From Octopus sinensis (Eukaryota): a DNA stretch of 64,000 nucleotides. The translations under genes were made by a program, and so were the position numbers. How positions within the stretch are numbered: the first letter of the stretch is position 1; every line of letters begins with the position of its first letter. Under the pieces are notes generated by a model. That model was not told the origin of the DNA and did no database searches. It worked only from the letters and a program-made list of their open reading frames with translations. The DNA lies in assembly GCF_006345805.1 (NCBI RefSeq), contig NC_042999.1:159960001-160024000 (forward strand), written 5' to 3'. This document shows, piece by piece, positions 13,268-26,195 of the stretch.

Positions 13268-15489
13268 CTGAAAGGAAAAAAGAAATAATTATAATCAATA
13301 AAAAAAATAGTCAAATAAACAAACAAATAAATAATAAAAATGCTTTCCATAGCCACCTTGTTTCTTGCAGCATGTTTCAAAAGAAATGAGTGAATTATAT
13401 AGAACTACTAGGTTTATTAGTTTATAACCGGTTATAAGTATATATGGAGTGTCACAAGGTAAGATAATTCTACTTGCACATGTTTACTTTTTTCGTGATA
13501 GTCTTATGAACTTTCATGTTCATGGTATTCTACAGAGGTATTCTACATGAGGAATCAATATGTAGCAACTTATTGCCACTCGAATCAAGCTCCATCATCT
13601 TGGAAAAAAGAAAGATACAGTTCTAGAGATACTCAACCGCCTTCCATCATAAGTCAGTTCATTCAGAGACGATCTGAGTCAAAAACAATAACAACCAAGA
13701 ATCAACTACTGAATGTAGTAGTCAAATCTGCCTCAGTACTCCCAACCAATTTTAACCATTTAACATTCAGATTATTCGATCAATTGTAACACTTATTTAT
13801 CCACATCATTTTGAATTTGTCCTCTATTATCCTGTAGCTTTGAGATTTCAATTGTGTGACTAGACTAACATTGTAGGGTAGGTGTGAGAGGTTAGATTTG
13901 GCCAGTTTGAACATAATACAGGAAGAATGTTTTGGCAGGATGTGATCAATTTCAATGCTAAAGAGTTAAAATAGGGATTACACATTTAAGTCATAAAACA
14001 TACAGATGATATATCCTTAAGAAAAACAGGTTTTGGTTCCCTAAGACATTGGTGAGAGGATTATCCCATTAATCACCTCTCTACAATAGATATATCTAAA
14101 TAGAACTGTTACTGCAATTTCTTAACACCAACAATACTCATGTTCAGAAAAGGAAAGACTAGACAATTTATAACTTAAATAGTTATAGAAACATTTAACT
14201 TCATCACTGGACAGACCAAAAAGGAAGTTTATGTGGGGTCACTTGGCATGCAAGAGAGCCAAATAGTTTCACACAACACTGTGCTGTCTTTAAAAGAAGA
14301 ATGATACACGAGTGAATGTAGACAAACATACACTATGTCTAATGCATAAACAGGATGATCACAGCTGGGGAACTTTAGATTATCAATCTGTTAATCAGAG
14401 TCAACATGGAGTTGAGTAACAAGAAACTGGATATTCAGTAATTATTTTTCCAGGCTAGATGGTTTAGCAAAGCTGCATTCAGTACCATTTTGAATGCATA
14501 AATATAAATACAAGGTAGCCTTCTTTGTAAAAATGTAGTAAATATTACTATATTCAATTGTAAACTCTGCGTTAAGTAACATGTAATAAAACTATTAACA
14601 TCTTTTCCCTCCTCACCATCCTCATCACTTTCTGCTGGCTAAGCAATAACAGCAATGGTTATTCTACAATTAATTAAGCAAAAGATTAGGGTTTGTTCCA
14701 AGAAAATATAAAATGAAATATTACTGAAGAGTTCAGTGAAACTTAACCAGGAAAGCATACACATCAGTGCATTTATTCAGAAATATACCAATGCATATTG
14801 CATGCACATAAAAATAAATAAAAACTTATAACTTTCTCAGATAGTCAAATAATGAGAATTCTTGGAAAAATAATTTTTAAAGGTTTCTGTTCGAATTAAT
14901 ACATAATGTTTAGTATTTCAAGGAAATGGTTTTCATTTAAAAAGCTTTGTAAAATTCAATTAATTCAAATATGCAAATAAAATATTTCCAACTATAAATG
15001 ATGTTATGAATTAAAAAGATCTCATTGCAAATGAAAATTCAAGGTAATGATTGTTTTAATATATTAATTTTTAAGATAAAGAGACTATATAAATAAAGAG
15101 AATATATAAATAAAGAGAATATATAATGAAAAGCTAAATAATAACAGTTAAATGAATGAAACAAAGAAAAAATATGACAAACAAACCTCCATATAAACAA
15201 GGTAATTGTTTCAAACACACTAGTCATAATACTTATGGGTTTATTACTTTATTACTAAAGTAAATCACAGCTAATCTTCATAATTAAAGTGAATCTTATC
15301 AACATCAAACAAAATGTACTACAAATACATTTTTTACAGATTTTAAAGGAAAACTCAAATGACCAATCTCTCGAAGAAAATGTGTGTGCATATATGTATG
15401 AATGTATGTATGTATGTATGTATAAGATGGCAATGTCTTTTTGCTTAACTTTTTCGTTTCATCTGAATAATAATGAAATTATTGTATAC

Positions 15490-15848
15490 ACATGGTTCTG
15501 GGTTCAGTCCCACTGCGTGGCATCTTGGGCAAGTGTCTTCTACTATAGCCTCGGGCCGACCAATGCCTTGTGAGTGGATTTGGTAGACGGAAACTGAAAG
15601 AAGCCTGTCGTATATATGTATATATATATATATGTATGTGTGTGTTTGTGTGTCTGTGTTTGTCCCCCTAGCATTGCTTGACAACCAATGCTGGTGTGTT
15701 TATGTCCCCGTAACTTAGCGGTTCAGCAAAAGAGACCGATAGAATAAGTACTGGGCTTACAAAGAATAAGTCCCGGGGTCGATTTGCTCGACTAAAGGCG
15801 GTGCTCCAGCATGGCCGCAGTCAAATGACTGAAACAAGTAAAAGAGAG
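15490..15848 (+). mobile_element. SINE family A, 5'-truncated
   Basis: Collinear with the other family A copies. Confidence 0.9.
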
Positions 15849-16203
15849 TGCTCAGGTGCACCACAACTTGTCAGAAAGTGCGTATAAAGTACATGCAGTA
15901 ATGTACAAATGCCTGGAAAGCGAAGAATGTATGAGTCAGATACATGCTTGTGTGTGAATGGAGGGGAGAAAACCAGGTGTAGTGTTGGCGAATAAATCCA
16001 TTGTTTTAAGCTAAAATATGCTCAATGCTTCTGTAAATGTGCAAATAATAGTTCCTGTGATATAGAAATCACCCCTATTTTAAAGTAGCTACCGATATGA
16101 AAAAAAGAGAATAAGCTTTTAAAAAAAATGCATTCTCCGCATGGAATTTTTCAGTGATACAATATAAGAATCTACTCCTGGTTTTTTTTAATAGAATAAA
16201 ATC

Positions 16204-16235
<32 letters not shown>

Positions 16236-16288
16236 TCAAAATTCATTTCGTATGTAACACTCTTAGGAGAAATTCTTCATCAACTTAC

Positions 16289-16383
16289 ACATTATTGTTT
16301 CGTAATGGTCGAATATATTTCTGAAGTAATGTTCGCATCTCCCCAACATGTTTCTCTTCTGTTTCAACTACATTTTCAAGTAC
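16289..16383 (-). CDS. ARHGEF7: PIX-family RhoGEF exon: DH domain start (VLENVVETEEKHVGEMRTLLQKYIRPLRNNN)
   Basis: Acceptor cttacAG, donor GTaagt, 95 nt, phase 0 to 2. Aligns to PIX VLQNILETE...YLRPL. Confidence 0.93.
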
Positions 16384-16679
16384 CTGTAAGCATAAGTAAT
16401 AATTAATTTTATCTGAAACTTCATTAAAATTTTATCTGAAATTTTCAACAAAGAACATCAATTTACAATTCTGTAGAAATATTTTTTTTATTTCAGATAA
16501 AAAAAGAGGAATAGGAATCTAAACCAATCTTGATAATTGATATTATTTTGACTTCAATAAGAGTTTTAGATTAATGAATTAATTGTAAACTGAACTACAG
16601 ATATAGCAACCATTTTCTGAATGGTAGAATATACTCAAAAGCAATTACCAACAAAAAAAAAAAAAAACTAGATTTGTAT

Positions 16680-16842
16680 AGGTGCAGGAGTGGTTGTGTG
16701 GTAAGTAGCTGGTTTACCAACCACATGGTTCCGGGTTCAGTCCCACTGCGTGGCACCTTGGGCAAGTGTCTTCTACTATAGCCTCGGGCCGACCAAAGCC
16801 TTGTGAGTGGATTTGGTAGACGGAAACTGAAAGAAGCCCGTC

Positions 16843-16889
<47 letters not shown>

Positions 16890-17154
16890 ATGTATGTGTG
16901 TGTGTGTGTGGTGTGTGTGTGTGTGTGTGTGTGTTGTGTGTGTGTGTGTGTGTGTGTGTTTGTGTGTCTGTGTTTGTCCCCCTAGCATTGCTTGACAACC
17001 GATGCTGGTGTGTTTATGTCCCTGTTACTTAGCGGTTCGGCAAAAGGGACCGATAGAATAAGTACTGGGCTTACAAAAGAATAAGTCCCAGGGTCGAGTT
17101 GCTCGATTAAAGGTGGTGCTCCAGCATGGCCGCAGTCAAATGACTGAAGAGAGT
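16680..17154 (+). mobile_element. SINE family A, full length
   Basis: A-box-like TGGTTGTGTGG, B-box GGTTCAGTCCC, expanded microsatellite core. Confidence 0.92.
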
Positions 17155-17543
17155 ATACTTCCTATAAATTATTACTTACTCAACTGAAAGAAGAATAAAC
17201 CACTTATAAGATATACTGGTTTATAATTATGTGATTCCAGGTTCATCATTACTGCACGGCATTACAGGCAAGAGTCTTTTATTATAGCATTGGATTGGTC
17301 CAAGACTCACGGAAAAAAATTGATAGATAAAAACTGTGCAGAAACTTAGTGCATCTAAGTGTACACACACGTTTGCATGTGAACATACACATGTGTATTT
17401 TTTTACTGATTTCAACCATTTAATAATAGCAATAATTGGAGCACTGCTTCTACATATATAACCAGTATTTAACCTAATAATTTCTTCACGGAATAACAAA
17501 ATATCAAGGTTTATTATTTTCAAGAGATATAACTGTGATATAC

Positions 17544-17760
17544 ACATCATCATCATCATCATCATTGTTCGACCGTGGTCGAGACAATGGAATTTACCAT
17601 GCTACGCCAGACTTCACGGTCCATCATGGCATTACGGAGGTCCTGTTGCTGGATGCCTGTATCCCTGGAGATTACATCAGGGTAGGAGAGTGTGCGCCCT
17701 CTGGGATTGCGAGTAGATGGCTTCCAGAGGAGAAGAGTAGAAATTACCTCTTTTTCAGCT
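17544..17760 (-). mobile_element. 3' end of another RTE-like LINE with (TGA)n tail
   Basis: WKPS..RGRTLSYPDVISRDTG..NAMMDREVWR followed by tgatgatgatg. Confidence 0.75.
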
Positions 17761-18284
17761 CTACAACATAGACAGACACACACACACACAATCTTCTACC
17801 AGCTTCTGTTTACCAGATTTCCCTCAAGCTTTTATCCAACTGAGCCTTTTCAGATGCAGACCCAGGAATTTTTCGAATGGAGGGCACAAGGTCAGAAGGG
17901 AATACAATTCCAGGAGAAAAGGATGTAACATTATTTAGAAGGGTACACTTTTCTTGAGGGGAGTATGTGCCCCTCAAGCTCCCCCTTGGGTCAACCCTGC
18001 TACCGTAGAAAACATTGATTTAAAATACTACACAAGTTGCATCAAATTTGGAACAGAATATTTACAAAATGACTCTCTGCCACCAGTGAATATCAACTAA
18101 AAATCTACACAGCAGTGAAAAGACTGGTGGAACTATGGTATTCAAGCAAGAATACCTTGTATTTATTCCACCCAACTTGTAAAAACAGCCCCTTTTGATT
18201 CCTATCATTAGAATTGTAATAAACCAGTGACTACCTCACTGGAAGCCTATAACCAATGATACTTTTATTCACAAAATGTATGAT

Positions 18285-18679
18285 GGGCGCAGGAGTGGCT
18301 GTGTGGTAAGTAACTTGCTAACCAACCACTTGGTTCCGGGTTCAGTCCCACTGCGTGGCATCTTGGGCAAGTGTCTTCTGCTATAGCCCCGGGCCGACCA
18401 ATGCCTTGTGAGTGGATTTGGTAGACGGAAACAGAAAGAAGCCTGTCGTATATATGTGTATATATATATATGTGTGTGTGTGTTTGTCCCCCTAGCATTG
18501 CTTGACAACCGATGCTGGTGTGTTTACGTCCCCGTCACTTAGCGGTTCGGCAAAAGAGACCGATAGAATAAGTACTGGGCTTACAAAGAATAAGTCCCGG
18601 GGTCGATTTGCTCGACTAAAGGCGGTGCTCCAGCATGGCCGCAGTCAAAATGACTGAAACAAGTAAAAGAGTAAAGAGT
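18285..18679 (+). mobile_element. SINE family A, full length
   Basis: As above; (AAGAGT)n tail. Confidence 0.92.
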
Positions 18680-18748
18680 ATATAAAATAAACAAACAAAT
18701 ACATAAATAAATGGAAGCATTTGTATGTATTTTGTTATTATTATTTAA

Positions 18749-18969
18749 CCCTTTTATTACTGAATTTATTTTGTGATGCTCTGTGTTTCTTTCAATTATT
18801 TAAAATATAACAAAGAATTTAGTAAAATAATTTTGTTATCCTTAAGCTAGTGTTAGGAACATAAATTGCGAATAAGATTTGGTGGAAGATTTTAATTAAA
18901 AACTTATGAAAACAAGATATGTATATTAAAGGGCCAGAGCTGGTTTCAGCCGGGTTGGTAACGAAAGAG
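18749..18969. mobile_element. piggyBac-like MITE family 1 (TTAA TSD)
   Basis: TTAA|CCCTT...AAGAG|TTAA; reverse complement of 22064-22284. Confidence 0.8.
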
Positions 18970-19509
18970 TTAATACCATAATTCTTGAAAAGAAGCACTG
19001 GTCATTGGTTTCCAATTGATTAATCAGATTTAACATTTCTGATGGCAAAAGAGACAACTGTCTAACCTTGGTGCAGGGGACAGCATTCATAAAATACAGT
19101 TTTTGTTTTTTTTAATATCTTTGTCAGTTTTCTTGCCAATATTGTACATTGAGGCAAAAGTGAAAGATATACATGGAGGCAGGAACACACACACACACTT
19201 TCCATCTACCAATTTCCACTCACATGATATTGGCCAAACTGAGGCGATAGCATAAGACATTTGCCCAAAGTGCCATACAGTAGAATCAAATCTGAAGCTA
19301 AGCAGTTGTGAAGAAACTCCTTTATCACACTGTAATACCTATATTTCATACCTGACGTATAAGTAAGTTGATTAGCAACATGCTATAAATGTAAGAGATC
19401 AGGAATACAAGTTTATGAATTTACATCCGATGTTTATGCATAGCAAACTTTTAAAATCTAATCACTATCTATAGTTAAGAAGATCCTTCAAATTCAATGC
19501 ATAGGAAAC

Positions 19510-19875
19510 ATTATCATTATTATATGTTTGACTTTTGCTTTACATTTGCACAAGCTGGCTCCAAGTCTCACTCAGAGACCTCAAGAGACAACAAGTTGGA
19601 AGTTCGTGTTGGTGTTATGCCTAGGGTGCCATATATTTGGTTTCGTATTTAGTGTTGTACTAGTGAATGCCTAAAAAAAAACATACGAAAATTATGTTTA
19701 TTTTAAAACTTGAGATTACAAAGAAAGTATTTTGCATAGGATATGAGCAGTTCCCATGAGCACTATCTTTTGAATTTCTGCCATTTTGGGGTTTCCTGGT
19801 ATCTGAGTTAGGTAGCAATCAGCCCCTTTTGCTATCATTCCCAGGGCACCTATGACAACAGGTATTGTCTTAGTC
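19510..19875 (-). mobile_element. 3' fragment of an RLE-type (R4/Dong-like) non-LTR retrotransposon
   Basis: TIPVVIGALG...IQKIVLMGTAHIL C-terminal motif, then a 3' UTR and short TAA-like tail; abuts a (TAA)n array. Confidence 0.75.
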
Positions 19876-19914
19876 TTATTATTATTATTACTATTACTAT
19901 TATTACTATTACTA

Positions 19915-19945
<31 letters not shown>

Positions 19946-19981
19946 TATTATTATTATAATTATTATTACTATTATTATTAA
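19876..19981. repeat. (TAT/TAC)n trinucleotide microsatellite
   Basis: Direct reading. Confidence 0.95.
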
Positions 19982-20228
19982 ACCATCTGATCGTGGCCGT
20001 TGCCAGCGCCGCCCCGACTGGCCTCCGTGCCTGTGGCACGTAAAAGCACCATCCATTCGTGGCCATTGCCAGCTCCGGAGTGGTTGGCGTTAGGAAGGGC
20101 ATCCAGCCGTAGAAACACTGCCAGATCAGACTGGGCCTGATGCAGCCTTCTGGCTTCACAGACCCCAGTTGAACTGTCCAACCCATGCTAGCATGGAAAG
20201 CGGACGCTAAATGATGATGATGATGATT
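19982..20228 (+). mobile_element. 5'-truncated RTE 3' UTR with (GAT)n tail
   Basis: Matches 60300-60534. Confidence 0.85.
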
Positions 20229-20825
20229 GATATGCTATTAATTTATTGTAAATGATAACTAGGAAAACAAAAAACAACCATGGATTACACCACTGCACAC
20301 ATTGTTTCTCTTCGTCACTTCAGTGATGAGGAAGAAGAACAGGAGCCATCAAGTGTAACCTAGTAAAATACAGCTACATAGAAGATCAGGGGACAAAAGA
20401 GATGCCTTCGAGGGGTATAATTAAAATGACCTTAGAATATGACCAAAGTAATCTGAAAGTAGAAAGTAACCGATACCACTCTTCATTAACCTAATTGAAG
20501 AATATCATTAAATATGTAACTGTTATTAAAAGCAAGGACAGAAAAATCCTTTCAGATCATTTCGGCCAAATGAGCTACATATGACCGGTCACCAACATTA
20601 ACATGTTATTGTAGTTCAATAGTCTATTTATAGTGGAGGTAAACTTTCAGCAAGCTAGACCAATGGCTCTGTCCCAACTTCCAGATGGACTCGTTTGGGT
20701 TGACTTATATCCTTGGAAAAAACATATGCCACAACTTTCCATGTCCTTAATACTAGAATTATAGGTATCAGAGAAACCTACTTTATAAGGCCAAATTGCT
20801 CTTATTACACTAGATGAAGTTATCA

Positions 20826-21250
20826 CTATCATCATCGTTTAACGTCCGTTTTCCATGCTGGCATGGGTTGGACAGTTTGACTGGGGACTGGCAAGCCAGG
20901 AGGCCGCGGTAGGCTCCAACCTGATCTGGAAGTGTTTCTACAGCTGGATGCCCTTCCTAATGCCAGCCACTCCGAGAGTGTAAGTGAGTGCTTTTTACAT
21001 ACCACCGGCATGGGAGTCAGTCAGGTGACATTGGCATCAGCCACGTTCAGATGGTGCTTTTTACGTGCTACTGGCACAGGAGCCAGTCAGGGCAGGGAGG
21101 CTGGCATCAACCACATTCAGATGGTACTTTTTTTATGTGCCACCGGCATGGGGAGCCAGTCAGACAGCACTGGCAATGAGCCACGCATGCATGGTACTTA
21201 TTGCGTGCCACCAGTATGGGAGCCAGTCAGGTGGCACTGGCACCAGCCAC
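20826..21250 (-). mobile_element. 5'-truncated RTE 3' UTR with several degenerate ~55-bp units
   Basis: Reverse complement similar to 59540-60534. Confidence 0.8.
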
Positions 21251-21420
21251 AACTAAAGTTTCCATTTGATTCAAAGCTTCCAACAATAATGATGATAAAG
21301 ATGTGTTGATGATAATTTTAATTCCTTACAAAGCATAGAAATAAAAAGAGAAAACATAAAATCAAATTTACAGGACATTTGCAAAACTGGTTGCATTTTA
21401 AGATTTGGATATATATTTCA

Positions 21421-21837
21421 AGCAATAATAAATCTCTGAACGAGACGTGGTTAGCCATATTGAGATGGCTAGTATACTTTACATTGTCGAGCGGTTACTG
21501 TTTACATCTCGTTCAGAGATTTATTATTGCTTGCAGACAGTTTTTCGAAATCAGTGACAGAAGTTACTGGGAAAAACATTATATAGATATTTGCAAACAG
21601 GTCCCCTCATCGAAAACCGGTGATTGCCGTACGTTGACAAGAGGCAAATACCTCGAAACTGCAGTCCGTGCGTATCACTTAGGTTTACGAGAGAGGGATG
21701 ACCTCCCTTTGCAAATACCATAAGGGAACAGAAAGTGTGCCTAAAGCCAGCTGGAGACGATGATCTCCTGGGACTAAAAGCTACAGTAACACCCACCCTT
21801 AGTGGTTAGCCATATTGAGATGGCTAGTATACTTTAC
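21421..21837 (+). mobile_element. 417-bp retroposed insertion with duplicated 3' terminus and 5' inversion
   Basis: 13-bp TSD gatatatatttca (21408-21420 and 21838-21850); identical 36-mers at 21447-21482 and 21802-21837; 27-bp inverted repeat at 21419-21445 and 21507-21533. Confidence 0.75.
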
Positions 21838-22063
21838 GATATATATTTCATTTTATAAAAAAACTAACATTGCTCATTCCTGGAGAGTCATTAAATTTTA
21901 GTGACTAAAAGAGTAACATTGATCCCTGAAAAGCCCATGCATGTGAAGTTACATAAATTTACAGTTCTTTCAAGATAAAGTAAAACCTACCATGAAGAAA
22001 TTTTTTTTTTGTAATTTTTAAACTTGTACCTCACCCCATAGTATCTTAAAAACTTTGTATTAA

Positions 22064-22284
22064 CCCTTTCGTTACCAACCCGGCTGAAACCGGCTGTGGC
22101 TCTTTAGTATAAATGTCTTGTTTTCATAAGTTTTGAATTCAAATCTTCCACCAAACCTTAGTCACAATTTATGTTCCTAACACTAGCTCAATGATAATGA
22201 TGTTATTTTACTAAATTCTTTGTTATATTTTAAATAATTGGAAGAAACACAGAGCACCTCAAAATAAATACAGTAACGAAAGGG
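22064..22284. mobile_element. piggyBac-like MITE family 1 (TTAA TSD)
   Basis: TTAA|CCCTTTCGTTAC...GTAACGAAAGGG|TTAA. Confidence 0.85.
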
Positions 22285-22756
22285 TTAAATTGACTAAATG
22301 ACGTGACATATCACACTTTCCACATGCTTTAGTTTATAAATTAATCAATATTTACGTTATTGCACACTTGCACAACAGACTCATAAAAATGTGGCTTTCA
22401 ATAAAAAATTTCATTCCCAAATGTAAAGATGGCTGAAAAAAGTTTAAGTTCAGCAAATTATGCATTAGTGAAATATCTCAAGTTCTGTATGTTATATACT
22501 AATCAAACTAGGTAAGCTGATTACTAGTGCCAAGCTGTATCTTTTAGAACAAAAAAAGTTTATTTTTTAATTAAACAGGTAATTAAATTAAATATTCATA
22601 TTTCAAATATACAAATTAGACACAATTTCTCAAATTTTTTACAGGTTACATGGTTATTTAACCTAGGATATGTTTTACTGTTTTAATATATTTATATTTA
22701 TGTATCAGTCAATATTAACCTCCTGTTTCAATAAAATATACACAAAAGCATTGCAT

Positions 22757-23154
22757 AAGCGCAGGAGTGGCTGTGTGGTAAGTAGCTTGCTAACCAACCA
22801 CATGGTTCCGGGTTCAGTCCCACTGCATGGCATCTTGGGCAAGTGTCTTCTACTATAGCCCCAGGCCGACCAATGCCTTGTGAGTGGATTTGGTAGACAG
22901 AAACTGAAAGAAGCCTGTCGTATATATGTATATATATATGTATGTATGTGAATGTGTTTGTCCCCTTAGCATTGCTTGACAACCGATGCTGGTGTGCTTA
23001 CGTCCCCGTCACTTAGCGGTTCGGCAAAAGAGACCGATAGAATAAGTACTGGGCTTACAAAGACTAAGTCCCGGGGTCGATTTGCTCGACTAAAGGTGGT
23101 GCTCCAGCATGGCCGCAGTCAAATGACTGAAACATGTAAAAAGAGTAAAGAGAG
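22757..23154 (+). mobile_element. SINE family A, full length
   Basis: As above. Confidence 0.92.
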
Positions 23155-24156
23155 CAGTTAACTTGTCCTAGTAATTTCTTTATCTAAGTAGAAAGTCAAG
23201 ACTTTATAGATCCAATAAATTTCTCTTTGCCTATCCTATGTGGCCCGTGATACACGGAACACATTCCCCTGATGTCTAGACATCATATATAACACACATT
23301 CCCAACTTCTTTTTAACAACCAAAATAACTTGGGACTTATGAAAGGAAAGCTTTATCTTACTCAGAACATATGAAACAAGGGCTAACTAGAAGAGTGTGC
23401 AAGTGTGTGTGTGTGTGTGTTTGTACACACACAAACACACATGCACATGTGATAACTTTAACCAACCGCCACTCCACTGGTTATGACTACGGAGGTTCCA
23501 TTTGATCCAATCAACAGAACAGCTTGCTCATGAAATTAACATGCAAGTGGCTGAGTATTCCATAGACACGTATACCCTTAATGTAGTTCTCAGTGAGATT
23601 CAGCAACATACAGAATGCGATATGGCTGGCCCTTCGAAATACGGATACTACTCATGTTTGCCCCCTGAGTGGACTGGGACGGCATGCTCAAGAGCACAAC
23701 ACAACACTGGGAATTGAACTCACAATCTTAAAATTGTGAGCTGAATATCCTAACTAAGCCATGCACCTGCACTACATATATGTACAGAGAGAGAGAGAGA
23801 GAGAGAGAGAGTACAAAATGAAACACTATCAGCTAATCAGAAATGACATAACATAAAACAGAGAAACAACATTTTGAGTAGTTGATGCTTGTAAAATTCT
23901 CTGGGGGAAAGTTCTTCTAGCTTCAACAAAAGTAGGATGAGATCAATAAAAAAAAAAAGAGGTAAATCAAATAAGATCAATAACAAACAAAAATTATGAT
24001 TCTGGAATTCAATATTTGATTATACAAGTGATAGCCCAAGATGTTTTGTTTTTTTTTTTTTTTTTTTTTTCTAGTTTCAGCTCAGAGCTGCGGCCATGCT
24101 GATGCACCGCCATTGTTTAGGAATAAATTTTGTAAAGCCAGAAAGGAACTACTTAC

Positions 24157-24248
24157 AACATTATGATAAAAATTTGTATTTTCTCGGTTGTTTTCTAATG
24201 TACTTTTGACATCAGGTGGAGTAAGTTTTGGTGGACTAGACACGGGAT
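24157..24248 (-). CDS. ARHGEF7: PIX-family RhoGEF exon: SH3-DH linker ((D)PVSSPPKLTPPDVKSTLENNRENTNFYHNV)
   Basis: Acceptor tgtttcAG, donor GTaagt, 92 nt, phase 1 to 0, frame-compatible with both neighbours. Ends in FYHNV, like PIX YYNV. Confidence 0.88.
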
Positions 24249-24289
24249 CTGAAACACAAAAAATTTTAACATGAATATTTTTCATCTAA

Positions 24290-24340
<51 letters not shown>

Positions 24341-26195
24341 TATATATAAACTTTATTTCTAGAAATTGTTATAAAGAATAATGTTTAAAATTAATTTATT
24401 TCTACATCAAGAGTAAATTTGAAATTTGTAACTAGGAGCAAGGTCAATTTTTTTAAGGTACAAGAATAGTAAATTGAGTTAATTCAATAAAATACATTTG
24501 TATCAACCATGAAAGGTTGGACATCATGTCAAGCCTTGTAGCTTGCAGCTTTTTAAACAGATTCATCCACTGAAATACTAAAATGGATGCAGAATAATTT
24601 ACTCTGCAATTTTCAAGAGCTCCAGTACTTTATGGCTTTCTAATGAAATAATTTATTTTCAATTAATTATGTTAGTTAAATGAACATTAGAGAAACTATA
24701 AAAGAGGAAAATTCTCTTACGGCTTCTTCCCATGGTGGGTCTTTCTAATACCAAGGCAATAATACACATCTATGGATTAAGCTTCCTAATAAACTAAAAG
24801 AGTTGACTATTTCATCAGAATTTGGCATAATTCTACATTTTTTTGTAATTAAAATCAGCTCATTCTTATAATAAAAGATCAGAAAATGAACATCTCATTT
24901 TCAATATCACTAAAATACAAACGATTGATCTGAGTGAACTTTTGTTAAATACTTAGAAATCAATCTAGCAAAAAATAATAATGCGTTTAAAAACACAATA
25001 CTGTGAGTTGGTATATTGTTATGAAATTAACTTAAAATAGATAAACTAAAAGAAAAATTGTAACAAAATCAAAAAGAGAAAAAGAAAGCAGCTAATGCGT
25101 AGGTATGATTATACTTTCTTTCAGAATTCTAATAAATTATCTATAGATAATGAAAGTAATTAATAATGCAGAAATAATTCAGAAAATATTACAAATCCAT
25201 CATCTTCAAGAAGGATATTAAATTTCAAAGCTATACATGTGACAGGTAAAAGAAAATAAACATGAGATGAACAGTGAAGACATAGAAATAAATTACTTCT
25301 GTGGAAACGAAAACCAAAGGCAAGCAATATTTAATGAACATTGATGATTTCAAAACTTTCCTATATAGAAAATAGAAATCGATCCATTTAATAAATATTA
25401 TCTGAGCATTTAAATAGGTTATCATTAAACCAATAAGATATACACTGATTAATAGCAGGAGGGATAATATAACAATTATATCTAGGCAAATTGGAATACC
25501 AATTTCAAATTCACAAATTTAACCTATGAGAACCATTCACATATATTTACATCAGTACAAAACTATTAAAGAAGCAAATTAACAATAACTATAAGCTATG
25601 AAATAAGCAAGAAAGTATGTTCCTCAATACCATATCAGAGATTAAAAATGTTTTCAGAATTACCTATACCACAACAAAAATAATACATACAGTACGAAAC
25701 ATTTGTAAACAACAAAAATTAAATCCAGCAGAATGCTCTCATCATCAGTGCAACAAAATGACTACTATGCCCATTCTTTTACCCTTGAGAAGCAGAGAAT
25801 CATATGAACTGAAGTGGTAATAGAGAAAACAATGAATAGAATTAAAAAATGCAACATAGTTGAAACACAATTGAAATCATGTGCTCTAACTTGGAGCTTT
25901 CTATTAGCTATAAACAATGTAGCATTGGTGACTCGGTGTTGGCTATACAATAGAAAAAACACTGCTCAGAGAGAATAATGAATGTCACAAACCACTACAC
26001 AGGAGAATATGTGAGATGTAAATAAAATCACAGAAAAGCAAATAAATACCGAAATCACATTATTTCAAAAAATTTCTCTCAAACAATCTGGACAGACATC
26101 AATCACTGGAACATTTAGTAAAATTAGAACTCTCCTTTTTGCAAATGCTTTAAATATTTTTTCCCCTATAAACTTTTTTATATATATATACATAT

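Noticed and set aside
21447-21837. 36-bp hairpin direct repeats as CRISPR repeats
   Set aside because: Only two copies, 319 bp apart, inside a TSD-flanked insertion.
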